Shown here in pieces: positions 50,160-62,402 of a DNA stretch of 64,000 nucleotides. Position 1 is the stretch's first letter. Each line of letters starts with the position of its first letter. Where the stretch lies: assembly GCF_006345805.1 (NCBI RefSeq), contig NC_043004.1, forward strand, positions 18,352,001 through 18,416,000, in the 5' to 3' direction. A program made the position numbers and the translations under genes. This stretch comes from Octopus sinensis. Lineage: Eukaryota. The notes below the pieces were generated by a model. The model did no database searches. It worked only from the letters and a program-made list of their open reading frames with translations, and was not told the DNA's origin.

Positions 50160-50263
50160 TAATGACATGTGTTTCGTGGCTATATTTAAGAAATGATTAT
50201 AGTAAAAATATTAGTCGTAGTAGTAAAATCACTTCGATATAAATATAGCCACTCATCAGGTTA
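50160..50263 (-). ncRNA. Hammerhead ribozyme motif, left arm
   Basis: TAAC-CTGATGA-GTGGCTATATTT[53 nt]AAATATAGCCAC-GAA-ACACATGT-C-ATTA: perfect 12-bp stem II, GUC triplet, one C-A mismatch at the base of stem I. Confidence 0.65.
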
Positions 50264-50372
50264 AAAATAACTATGAATATAAAATAATTAATTAATAAAT
50301 ATACGTAAATAATCTTTTAAAATAGAAATATATTCTTTAAAATATATATCTATATATATATATCTATATATA

Positions 50373-50419
<47 letters not shown>

Positions 50420-51576
50420 TACTAAATATACATTAAGTGAAAACTATATACATTAAATCAGATTATTGATTAATTAATGCGTTTGTGTATATTTGAACCA
50501 TTTCCTATATTTGATTGCATTATTTATAACTAGTAATAGCATTGGGTATATTAATTAAGACGCTAAGACCTATTTTTATACATTTAAAATTCAGATATAT
50601 TAATTTAATCGATAAGCTTAGTAAAGTTGCTTGTATATCAATGTTATTTGGATTTTGTATTATATTGAGTTTGATTGTTGTTATTGTTATTGACTGGATT
50701 TGTAGTGGACTGTCGATTGTAGTTGAATGTTTTCATAGTGTATTGTTCATTTGTTCTAATATTTTTCGTACCTTTCTTTAATTTATGGGGCTTAGATGTT
50801 TTTCTTGCTTTTCATTAGTAAATAGTTATCACCATTTTCATTGATAATTTATTATATTTATTTACACTAAGTCTTCACACGTTCAATTATTATAAGCACT
50901 AAGACCTATATATTTTTTTATGTTTAAAATTCAGTTATATTATTTTCATTGACAAGTTAAGTAACGGTTTTTGCTTATAAATATTATTTGTCTTTTGAAT
51001 TATATTGGGTTTGTTTGTTATTGTTATTATTATTGTTGTTGAAATATTATCATTTTTTATATATATTGATAGTTATAAGTTATGATAGTTTTTAATTATT
51101 ATATCTATTTATTTAGAATGATTTATTATTATTTTTTTATAAAGGGATCTAACATATTACTTACAAGTTAATTTGAGAATTAATTTTGTTAGACAATACA
51201 TTATTTAATAATTAGGTGGTATATTTATTAAGTAGTATTACATTTAAGTAAATTAGATTTTATATTAATTGATATTTTAGTCAACTTTATTATTGAGTGA
51301 TATATTATATCTATGGATACTACATATATATTAATTATATAGTTAGTTTATTCAATGAGTGTTTCTATATTTGAACCATTTCTTATTTTGATTCCAGTAT
51401 TTATGGCTTGTACTAGCATTGTGTATATTAATAATTTTAAGGTTTTAGTATTAATTTCTTAATGGGTATTAGACTGTATTTGGATGTTTATTAAATAAAT
51501 ATATTAATTAATAATCTGATTTAATGTATATAGTATAAAGTGTTGCATTTAGTTTTCCCTTTATGTATATTTAGTA

Positions 51577-51623
<47 letters not shown>

Positions 51624-51698
51624 AAAGAATATATTTCTGTTTTAAAAGATTATTTAAGTGTATTTATTAATTAATTATTTTATTATTGTAGTTATTTT

Positions 51699-51802
51699 TA
51701 ACCTGATGAGTGGCTATATTTATATCGAAGTGATTTTACTACTACTACTATTATTTCTACTCTAATCATTTCTTAAACATAGCCATGAAACACTTGTCGT
51801 TA
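51699..51802 (+). ncRNA. Hammerhead ribozyme motif, right arm
   Basis: TAAC-CTGATGA-GTGGCTATATTT[53 nt]AAACATAGCCAT-GAA-ACACTTGT-C-GTTA: 4-bp stem I, GUC triplet, stem II with one mismatch and one wobble. Confidence 0.65.
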
Positions 51803-51969
51803 TTCTACCAAATATATATGTTTTATTTATTTTTTTGCACATTACTTAATTATCGGTTTAGTATTTTTATCTTATATTCAATATTTCTATTACAGTAATT
51901 TTCTAGATGGTGTAATTTAATTTTTCATTTTGAATTGATGAAAGGTGTTTTTTTTCTAATTTATATATA

Positions 51970-52348
51970 TATCACCGGGTGTTGCTCGGGTTTGTTTCAA
52001 CCCTTTAGAATTGGAATTTTTGAAAAGTAAAAATTTTGCATTATGTAGCTTGTTATTCTCTTTAAGTGAACATTTTTCTGGTTGAAATACACCAAAAAAT
52101 GGTGTCACAGCAGTCAAAAAATCCTTTAAAATAGTGATTTTCATAGAAAAAAAGTACCTTTTTGATGTAACTAATTTTTGATCTTAACATGGTCCGATTT
52201 GAATTTTATCTTCTACAGAATGAAGATCAAGCCTTCTTCTATCATATTCTCAATTTTGGTCAACTTGCGCTGCAGGGTCTCGGAGGAGTTAGTTGAAGGC
52301 TACCAAACCTACCACACACAAAAACAACTTCAGCTTTATAAATATAGA
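51970..52348 (-). mobile_element. Non-autonomous Helitron-like element
   Basis: Minus-strand 5' TCTATATTTATAAA; 3' end ACAAACCCGAGCAACACCCGGTGATA resembles the 3' end of 24109-24490; terminal CTAG not seen. Confidence 0.6.
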
Positions 52349-52571
52349 CAAGAGAAGAGACCACTCAGTGGATCCCTTATATGCTAAAAATAATATTAAT
52401 TTCTACTCTTATTATCTTTTATCATGCTTTGCTACCTTTTATACTATCAGGTTTGGTGAAATTATTCTTGAAATGATTAATTGCTTTTTTAACTACTTTT
52501 TAAAATTCTTTATGTTTGATTGAATTAACAGCCAACTCTTGCACTCATATGCACGCACACACACACACAAA

Positions 52572-52604
<33 letters not shown>

Positions 52605-53329
52605 GCAGATGCACACACTCACACACACACACGCATGCTCACACACATATTTCGCAACAGATAAGTAATCTTGATATTTATGTACAGTTGTTACTTGTAA
52701 ATGTAATCATTGAAACTACTGAGTTGTTTCCCTTACAACGTATCTATTTTTGAATGCTGAAATATTAAAAAAATCACTCTTTTTGCCATAGCAACCACAT
52801 CTTTATAGCTTTTTAACTATCGCAGGTCGCATCCTCACCATGCATTTAGTATCCCTGTCAATTTTCAGCTCGATCCTATGACGTCTAGTGCCATTGAATC
52901 CTTACCAAAGCCAAAGTGTGCAAGTTTTTTTCCTCTTTTATATAGGTAGAATTATATTTTGTGAAATTTGATTTAGTATTTCTAAATTGAATTTTTCCAT
53001 GTAGGTTAGGAATAATATTTCCTCAAATTATTATTATATATATATATATATATAATACAAAATGGGGCAAGAACGCAAAATATTCAGACAGTTAGGTGAT
53101 TCAAAAAAGGGGGACAACAAAACATCCAGATAGACGATACAAAGAAAACAAGGACAGGTCATTTGGAGTTTTCTTTCCTCAATCAAATTCCAGATTACCT
53201 TTGCAATTTTGGCTGGTTGAACTCAAGATTGCCCCAATCTGGCCAGTCCCAAGGAAAAACTAAGCTAAGAGCATTAGATTCCTTGGAAGAAAGCCGTGAA
53301 TGTATACAAAAACAAGGATGGAAAAAAAT

Positions 53330-54120
53330 GAGTTCGTGTGTTGAAGCATATTTTGTTGTGTCTGGGGAGAGTAATTGTCTTTTAGTACCTTATTATTTAA
53401 CACACTCACTGGTAAAGTTTTCACTCATTTACTTATTTATTTTTCTTAAAATTTCCCTGGCATCTTGCAACCTTTTCAATAGTCAGTGACTCTGTCTGTT
53501 ATCAGAGCTTGCGTTTATTTTGTTTGTTTGTGTGCATGTGTGTGGATGAGTGTGTGTGCACATACACATGTATGTATGTATATATGTATGTATGCATGTA
53601 AGTATGTGTATGCATCTATGTGTGTGTGTGTGACTGCGAATGTATATATGTGTGTATGTGTGTACATTTGTATGTATGCATGTATACTGCTTTCTGCATA
53701 TTCATACATACAAACGTACAAATATGTATACATATATACATGTGCACACACACGCACACACCCATACATGCATACACACACTTACATTCATGCATACATA
53801 CATATATGCATACATTCCTACATACATGCATGTATGTATTCATGCATGCACGCACGTACATGCATGCATACATACATACAAATATACATTCATACATAAC
53901 TACATACATGTGTATGTGCACACACACTGACCCTCACACATGTGCACAAACAAAAAGAATGCAGCTCAGATAACGGACAGAGTCAATGACCATTGAAAAG
54001 GTTGCAAGGTGCAATGAAAATTTTAGGGAAAATAAATAAGTAAATGAGTGGAAACTTTACCGGTGAATGTATTAAATAATAAGGCACTAAAAGAGAATGA
54101 CTCTCCCCAGACACAACAAG
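53330..54120. mobile_element. Fold-back family F1 copy with ~165-bp arms around a microsatellite-rich spacer
   Basis: TTGTTGTGTCTGGGGAGAGT...CAATAGTCAGTGACTCTGTCTGTTA versus TAACGGACAGAGTCAATGACCATTG...ACTCTCCCCAGACACAACAA. Confidence 0.85.
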
Positions 54121-54261
54121 GTGTATATACATACATACATACATACATACATACATACACATATGTCTGTCTGTACGTATGTATGTATATATATCATCAT
54201 CATCATTGTTTAACGTCTGCTTTCCATGCTAGCATGGGTTGGACGATTTGTATATATAAAA

Positions 54262-54319
<58 letters not shown>

Positions 54320-54713
54320 CATATATAAGTGCGGGCATGACTATGTGATAAGAAGCTTGCTTCCCAAACACATAGATCCGGATTCAGCTCCACTGTATGG
54401 GACCTTGGTCAAGGGTCTTCTAATAGCCTTCGATTGACCAATGCTTTGTGAGTGGATTTGGCTGATGGAAACTGGACGCAACTCGTCGTATATATGTATG
54501 TATCTATATGTGTGTGTTTTTGTGTCTGTGTTTGTTTTCATCCACTATTTGAGAACTGGTGTTGGTGTGTTTACAACCCTGTAACTTAGCAGTTTTGCAA
54601 AAGAGAACAACAGACCAAAATCCCTCAGCATGGCCATTGTCATATGACTAAACCATGTAAAAGATAATAAATATGTATGTGTGTGCATGTGTGTGTGTAT
54701 ATATGTTTGCGTA

Positions 54714-54744
<31 letters not shown>

Positions 54745-54803
54745 CTATATACACATATACATATAAATATGCATACATATATATATATATGTGTATGTAT
54801 ATA

Positions 54804-54844
<41 letters not shown>

Positions 54845-55084
54845 TACATATATATATATGTATATATATATACATATGTATATATATATGTATATGTATG
54901 CACCCATGCACACATATATACACATATATACTTATATGCAGTCATACATATATCTAGATAAACCCACACAAACATATTCACACAGACATACAAATGGCAT
55001 TGTGTATAATATATACTAAATGTATGTGGATATATAAATATCCTCCTCTTGCTCCTCCTCCTCCTCCACCTCCTGCTCCTCCTC

Positions 55085-55760
55085 ATCATTATCATCATTT
55101 TCTGGCATGGCTTAGATGGTTCAACTGAAACTGGTAAGACGGAGAGCTGTTCTTGGTTCTAATCGGATTTGGTTCCTATGGCTGGATACCTTCCTAACAC
55201 CAACCACTCCAAGAGTGTACTGGGTGCCTTGCCCAAGTCATCTGCACTGGTGGCTTTTACATGTCACCAACTTGGGTGCCTTGTACATGCCAGTGACACA
55301 AGCACCTTTTCTGTGTCCCCAGCACCGACCATGACTACAATCTCACTTGGCTTCACGAGTCTTCTCAAGCACAGCAAATCACCAAAGGTCTCGATCACTT
55401 GTCATCACCTCCATGAGACCCTATATTCAAAGATCATGCTTCACCACCGCATCTCATTTCTTCCTGGGTCTACCTCTTCCACAGGTTCCCTCCACAGCAC
55501 TCCTTTACACACCTGTCCTCATCTACATACATCCCATGACCATACCAACGCAGTCATCTCCCTTGCACACTAAACCTGATACTTCTTATGCCCAGTTTAT
55601 CTCTCAAGGTGCTTGCATTCTGTTGTACATTCACACTCATATTGCACATCCAGTGATATCTTTCAAGCCTTCACATGTCCTCTGTTTCACTGTCATGTAG
55701 TTTGGCTGTCTGCACACTGGCATCATACAGTCTGCCTTCCGCTCTGAAGGAGAGGTCCTT
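55085..55760 (-). mobile_element. 5'-truncated RTE LINE (RT C-terminus + 3' UTR), degraded
   Basis: Colinear with 28690-29520 (TCTTCTCAAGCACAGCAAA...AAGATCATGCTTCACCAC...CCTCTTCCACAGGTTCCCTCCACAG...GCATCATACAGTCTGCCTT). Confidence 0.88.
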
Positions 55761-56051
55761 ATTAATTATCCCGTGTGCTTTTTCCTTGCTTGCATGGGTC
55801 AGACAGAATTTGTTGAAGTAGATTATCTACAACTCTGTGCTCTTTTTGTCACAAGCCTTTACCTGCTTCTAAGCAATGTAATATATTCTTATGGTCATGT
55901 TTTCCCATAGACAGCTGGAGATGAATGATATTCTTTGTATAACTGTGATACTTCTTTAGCACCATCTCACACACACATACACACACACACATGCTCACAC
56001 ACACACACATGCTCACTTACACACATGCTCACACACACATGCTCATACACA

Positions 56052-57123
56052 CACATCTACTCACAAGGCTTCAGTCAGCCTGAGGCTAGAGTAGAAGACA
56101 CTTGTCCAAGGTGCCACACAGTGGAACTGAACCTGGAACCATGTGGCTGGGAAGCAAGCTTCGTACCACACAACCACGCATGTGCCTCCACACAATCACA
56201 CCTGATGATGGCATTTAAAAATTGACCATTTTGACGTTTTATCCACTTATTACGTTTTTGTATCTGGTTTGCAAGATTCTTTATGTGAATTCATGTGTTG
56301 AAATAAATTTTGTTATGCCTAGGGAGAATCATTATGTCAATATTGACATAATGACTCTTTCTCTCTCTCCACTCAACAAAATTCATTTATTATTTTGTAT
56401 TAAAGGGAAATAACTGCTCCTACAAATATTTGCTATAACCTCCCTTGGATTTTACCAGTACTATATACTTTACTTAGTTTGTACATTAAAAAAAAACTAA
56501 GAGATGGGTTTAGTATAGTCGTTAAAGCAATACAGAAAATGCCTTGTGGTATTTATTCCGGTGCTTTACATTCCCAGGTTAAGAACTCGCCCAGGTGAAC
56601 TTTCCCTTTCATCTTTCCACGGGTGATAAAATAAAGTGTCTGTTAAATACTGGAATGCTATTTTTCAGAAATGCTATTTTATTTCAGTTTCTTTTTTAAA
56701 ATTATTCAAAAATTGTACTGGAAAATTGTTACAGTTTTGCAAATACAGTAGTACCTCGGTTTTCGAACAACTCTGATCACAAATAATTTGTGCTTTATGC
56801 ATATATATATATAACAATATATACATAACAATTTCTTTTTCATGATGAGATAAAAAAACCAAGGCTGAGTAGACTTTAGAACATTTATAGATAGAAGGTC
56901 TTACAGCTGTTTCCAGGATATTTATTAAATCCCTTCATCAGAGACGGTGTGAGAGAATAGTTAAGTAATAGTTAATTTAGATATGACACTAAACAGAGAG
57001 GGAGGTGGAGGAAAGAAAATAGATGTGAGATATGTAGGGGTATGGAATTTGTAGATCCATTTTTTAGGCAGAATAGTATACTTTATGAGTAAAATCCAAC
57101 AGTATTTAAAATTGGTCATTCCA
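56052..57123 (+). repeat. Local segmental duplication, copy 1 (copy 2 at 60937-62402)
   Basis: A colinear chain of SINE A half, F1-like end, unique sequence, degenerate SINE B and H2 arm is repeated with few differences. Confidence 0.95.
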
Positions 57124-57448
57124 TGACTCGATACTTGGAATGACCAATTTTAAATACTGTTGGATTTTACTCATAAAGTATTTGAATCTTACATGTATAC
57201 CATTCTGCCTAAAAAATGGATCTACAAATTCAATATCCCTACATATCTCACATCTATTTTCTTTCCTCCACCTCACTTTCTATTTTGTATCCTATCTAAA
57301 TTAACTATTACTTAACTACTCTCTATCACCGTCTCCGATGAAGGGATATAATAAATATCCTGGAAACAGCTGTAAGACCTTCTATCTATAAATGTTCTAA
57401 AATCTACTTAGCCTTCGTTTTTTATCTCATTACGAAAAAAAATTGGTA
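56828..57448. mobile_element. 620-bp near-perfect palindrome with hammerhead motifs (family H2)
   Basis: Inner 45 bp perfect (57079-57123 / 57136-57180), 12-nt loop TGACTCGATACT; arms continue as reverse complements to the ends. Confidence 0.95.
56898..56945 (-). ncRNA. Minimal hammerhead ribozyme motif (palindromic stem III)
   Basis: GTCT-CTGATGA-A-GGGAT[TTAATAAAT]ATCCT-G-GAA-ACAGCTGT-A-AGAC: stem I GTCT/AGAC, self-complementary ACAGCTGT, GUA triplet. The mirror copy at 57331-57378 has CCGATGA (core mutated). Confidence 0.65.
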
Positions 57449-57769
57449 TATACACACGCTGACATATGATCAACATTGAACCCCTTATTTGCAAATCACC
57501 GAACTTGGAACTTAACTATGGTCTATCTATAGCATTTATTCAGCATTACCTGACACCTTTGGGTCTCAATGACACCATTACCTCTCCTAACCCATTTATC
57601 ATCATCATCATCATAATTTTATGTCCGCGTTCCATGCTAGCATGGGTATATATATATATATATATACATAAGGAAAATAAGACCAGGTAGGAAATGTTAA
57701 ATGTACTGGTTTCAGTCTTTGCGACTTTTTCAACTTATAGTAAAGCATGAAAAACAATTAGATTTACTC

Positions 57770-58180
57770 TTTTGCTCTTTTACTTGTTTCAGTCATTTGA
57801 CTGCGGCCATGCTGGAGCACCGCCTTTAGTCGTGAAAATCGACCCCGGGACTTATTCTTTGTAAGACCAGTACTTATTCTATCAGTCTCTTTTGCCGAAC
57901 CGCTAGGTGACGGGGACATAAACACACCAGCATCGGTAATCAAGCAATGCTAGGGGGACAAACACAGACACACAAACATACACATACGTACATATATATA
58001 TATATATATACATATATACGACAGGCTTCTTTCAGTTTCCGTCTACCAAATCCACTCACGAGGCATTGGTTGGCCCGGGGTTATAGCAGAAGACACTTGC
58101 CCAAGATACCACGCAGTGGGACTGAACCCGGAACCATGTGGTTGGTTAGCAAGCTACTTACCACACAGCCACTCCTGTGC
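57770..58180 (-). mobile_element. tRNA-derived SINE, family A (full length, young)
   Basis: Complete, with CpGs retained. Confidence 0.93.
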
Positions 58181-58191
58181 CTATTGTGGAA

Positions 58192-58420
58192 AAATTGTGG
58201 AAAAATTAGATGAAATGGTTTTTAAAAATATTTCCATAGTTTTCAAATGCAAGGGTCATTTTCTTTTTTTCTGTCTGTCTCTGTCTCTCTTTTTTTATGC
58301 TTGTGTAACTCAAGAGTAAAAAAGAGAGACAGACAGACAGAAAAAAAGGAAAATCTCCCTTGCATTTGAAAACTATGGAAATATTTTAAAAAAGCATTTC
58401 ATTTAATTTTTCCACAATTT
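58192..58420. repeat. 230-bp fold-back element
   Basis: AAATTGTGGAAAAATTA...AAATATTTCCATAGTTTTCAAATGCAAGGG / CCCTTGCATTTGAAAACTATGGAAATATTT...TAATTTTTCCACAATTT; centre CTTG-TGTAACT-CAAG. Confidence 0.9.
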
Positions 58421-58603
58421 AATTGTTTTTCACACTTTACTCTAAGTTGAAAAAGTTGCAAAGGCTGGAATCGGTACTAAAATGTTTTTCATGATAAAAT
58501 TATTTTAGCATTTTCTACATGGTCTTATTTTCTTTATACATATCAACTCGTGTGTTCCTTTTCAACCTACTACATATTTATATAAAGTTAATTAAATATC
58601 TCA

Positions 58604-59393
58604 AAGCCTTTGGTGAAATAGAAGGGGGTATAGATTCACATGATGTGGAAGTCAACTGGAGGTTTCTATGGGACAACCCGCTGAGGGCCACTGACCTGAT
58701 CCGTGGATGGTGCAAAGTCCCCACGCCACCAAAAATAATGTGGTAGTGGAACAATATTATTGATGGGGCTATTAGAGAAAAGAAACAGGCTTGGAAGGAC
58801 TGGAAGAATGGTGGTAGCAGGGAATTGTATCAGACTGCCAGAAGGGAAGCTAGGAGACAGATTTATTTAGCCAGAAGGGAAGCAGATAAGAAAAAATTTG
58901 CCATGGAGACCAAAGACTTGAGGTATTTCATGTTGCAAGACATTGTGTGAGAGAGAATCGTGATGTCGTTGGAGAGAAATGTGTCCACATGGATGATGGT
59001 TCACTTGCACTAAATGAGGCTGCAAAGAGAGAAGTTTGGAGACACCACTATGAAAAGTTGCGGAATAAAGAGAACAAGTAGGAGAAAGAGAGTCTGCCGA
59101 CTGTCGACCCAACAGAGGGATCAGCTATCTGAATTGACAATACCTTGGTAGATAAAGCAATTAAGAGTATGAAGACAGGGAAAGCCTTCGGCTCATCAGG
59201 AATCACTGCAGAGATGCTCAAAATATCTGGCGGTATTGGTTTAGCCTTGTCACTCATATAGTTAACCAAGTGATACACAAAGGAGTCATATGCAATGACT
59301 GGTGTAGTAGCACCATAGTCAACTGCTACAAAGGTAAAGGTGACACTTTAGATACAAATAATTACAGAGGTATCAAGTTGTTGGATCAGGTGA
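58604..59393 (+). mobile_element. RTE LINE internal fragment (linker + start of RT), pseudogenised
   Basis: Pseudo-translation WW.N...IREKKQAWKDWKNGGSRELYQTARREARRQ...LVDKAIKSMKTGKA.G.SGITAEMLK...DWCSSTIVNCYKGKGD.LDTNNYRGIKLLDQV, with frameshifts. Confidence 0.93.
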
Positions 59394-60269
59394 TATCACA
59401 CACACACGGTCACACACACACATACACACACACATACGCTCACACACACACACATGCACACACACATACACACAAACACACATAAGGCTTTTTAAACTTT
59501 CTGTTTACTAAATCCACTCGCAAGGCATTGGATAGCTTAGGGCAGTGGTTCCCAAACTTTTTCAGGCTGCCACTTCTCTTGGCATCCGGGCCGCATTCCT
59601 AGCACACCCGACTCACCACCACCACCACTATCACAACCACCACCACCACCACCACCACTACAAACACTGATCCTTTTTTGTATCAAATTCAAAATAATTG
59701 TATTTCACAAGTAAAACTTAATTAACATGTTATTTTGTAGTTTTTACATCCATCACCCCATTTTGAGCATCCCGTTATTGCCCAACTTTTCTTCAGTGAT
59801 ACCCCCTGGATCTTTCCACTGTCCCCTGTGGGAGCAGTACCAGCCACTTTGGTAACTGCTGGCCTAGGGCACTCAACCAAAGTGCCATACAGTGGGATTG
59901 AAACCCAAAGGCACATGGTTGAGAGGCAAGATTCTTAACCACACAGCCATGCACGCACACACACACAAACACACATAAATATGTGAGTACGTATATATGT
60001 GTCTCTGTGCACACAGGCACACATGTACACAAATACACTCACACATATACATGCATACATACACACATACACACAGACAAGCAAACAGACAGTCAGAGGA
60101 ACAGCTTAATTGAGAGATTTTTGCATCTTAGCAGACTTTCAACTTAACCGTTTAGCATTCAGATTCTTCTGTCAAATGTGATGTTTATTTATATTCTATT
60201 TTTTGAATTAACTATGTATTATCTCATAGCTTCAAGATTGCGATGACGCCATAATCATCATTGTCATCA

Positions 60270-60500
60270 CCATCATCACCATCCTTTAATATCCATTTTC
60301 CATGCCGGCATGGGTCGGATGGTTTGACCAGGGCTGGCAAGCTGCACCAGACTCCTGTCTGATTTGGTTTGGTTTCTATGGCTGGATGCTTTGCCTAACG
60401 CCAACCAGTTACTCTGTGTGCTGGGTGCTTTATACATGGCACCAGCTCCAGCACTTCTATGTGACACTGGCACAAGTGCTTTTTATGGGGCACCAGCACA
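60270..60500 (-). mobile_element. RTE LINE 3' end
   Basis: (CAT)n tail and conserved GGATGC.TTGCCTAACGCCAACCA block. Confidence 0.8.
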
Positions 60501-60936
60501 GGCTTCTTGCAGGTCAATCATCTTCGCCAGGGGATACAGCCTTAGCACTTCTGCTGTGGAGGATGGGTGACTTTGTGGTTCAGCTAATGACACCAATAGA
60601 ATAAGTGTTGTTGTCATTTGTTCCTTCTTGAGCCATGCTTGGCTCATAACTGCTGGTTTCTCAGTTTCATTGGCACATAGGTTCCCCACCTGGATGGGAC
60701 GCCAGTCAGTCACAGGTGAGCTTCTAGATGCAAGAGGAAAGAGTGAGAAAAAAGAGTGGACATAATCTTTATAAGCCTAGTACTTATTTAATCGGTCGCT
60801 TTTGCTGAACTGCCAAGTTACAGGGACATAAACACACCAACGTTGAACCACAAACAATAGCTGAACCACAAACAAACACACACACACATACACACACACA
60901 CACACATACGACAGGCTTCTTTCAGTTTCTGTCTAC

Positions 60937-62402
60937 CACATCCACTCACAAGGCTTCAGTCAGCCTGAGGCTAGAGTAGAAGACACTTGTCCAAGGTGCC
61001 AAGCAGAGGGACTGAACCTGGAACCATATGGCTGGGAAGCAAGCTTCGTACCACACAACCATGCATGTGCCTCCACACAGTCATGCCTGATGATGGCATT
61101 TAAAAATTGACTATTTTGACGTTTTATCCACTTATTACGTTTTTGTATCTGGTTTGCAAGATTCCTTATGTGAATTCATGTGTTGAAACAAATTTTGTTA
61201 TGTCTAGGGAGAATCATTATGTCAATATTGACATAATGACTCTTTCTCTCTCTCCACTCAACAAAATTCATTTATTATTTTGTATTAAAGGGAAATAACT
61301 GCTCCTACTAATATCTGCTATAACCTCCCTTGGATTTTACCAGTACCAAATACTTTACTTGGTAAATTGAAAAAAAACTAAGAGATGGGATTAGTTGAGT
61401 CGTTAAAGCAATACAGAAAATGCCTTGAGGTATTTATTTCGGTGCTTTATATTCCCAGGTTAACTTTCCCTTTCATCTTTCCGCTGGTGATAAAATAAAG
61501 TGTCTGTTAAATACTGGAATGCTATTTTTCAGAAATGCTATTTTATTCCAGTTTCTTTTTTTAAATTATTCTAGTACCTCGGTTTTCGAACAACTCTGAT
61601 CACAAATAATTTGTATATGCATATATATATATATATATATAAAACCATCCGAACGTGACCATAGCCAGTACCGCAACGACTGGCCTCCGTGCTGAGGGCA
61701 CGTAACAAACACCATCCGAGCGTGGCCGTCCGCCAGCCTCATCTGGCACCTGTGTCGGTGACACATAAGAAAACACCATCTGAGCATGGCCGTCAGCCAG
61801 CCTCGTCTGGCACCTGTGTCGGTGGCACATAAAAAACACCATCCGAGCGTGGCCGTCTGCCAGCCTCGCCTGGCACCTGTGTCGGTGGCACATAAAATCA
61901 CCCACTACACTCTCGGAGTGGTTGGCGTTAGGAAGGGCATCCAGCTGTAGAAACACTGCCATATCTGACTGGCCTGGTGCAGCCTTCGGGCTTGCCAGAC
62001 CCCAGTTGAACCGTCCAACCCATGCTAGCATGGAAAGCGGACGTTAAACGATGATGATGATGATGATGATGATATATATAAAACATTTTTTTTTCATTAT
62101 GAAATAAAAAAACCAGGGCTGAGTAGATTTTAGAACATTTATAGATAGAAGGTCTTACAGCTGTTTCCAGGATATTTATTATATCCCTTCATTGGAGATG
62201 GTGTGAGAGAATAGTTAAGTAATAGTTAATTTAGATATGATACAAAATAGAGAGTGAGGTGGAGGAAAGGAAATAGATGTGAGATATGTAGGGGTATTGA
62301 ATTTGTAGATCCATTTTTTAGGCAGAATAGTATACATGTAAGATTCAAATACTTTATGAGTAAAATCCAACAGTATTTAAAATTGGTCATTCCAAGTATC
62401 GA
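60937..62402 (+). repeat. Local segmental duplication, copy 2 (contains a later RTE insertion)
   Basis: Matches 56052-57123 apart from the insertion at 61646-62071 and small indels. Confidence 0.95.
61646..62071 (+). mobile_element. Young RTE LINE 3' end with four ~63-67-bp tandem units
   Basis: Near-consensus, (GAT)n tail, 13-bp TSD ATATATATAAAAC (61633-61645, 62072-62084); absent from duplication copy 1. Confidence 0.92.

Larger units (their letters stand above)
50013..51947. mobile_element. 1.9-kb fold-back element with ~450-bp inverted arms, each carrying a hammerhead motif (family H3)
   Basis: 50013-~50478 is the reverse complement of ~51508-51947 (CACCTTTCATCAATTCAAAATG... / ...CATTTTGAATTGATGAAAGGTG), including (TA)n; AT-rich 1-kb spacer. 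Confidence 0.92.

Noticed and set aside
61646-61890. Regularly spaced repeats superficially like a CRISPR array
   Set aside because: Spacers are near-identical, the context is a eukaryotic LINE 3' UTR, and there are no cas genes.
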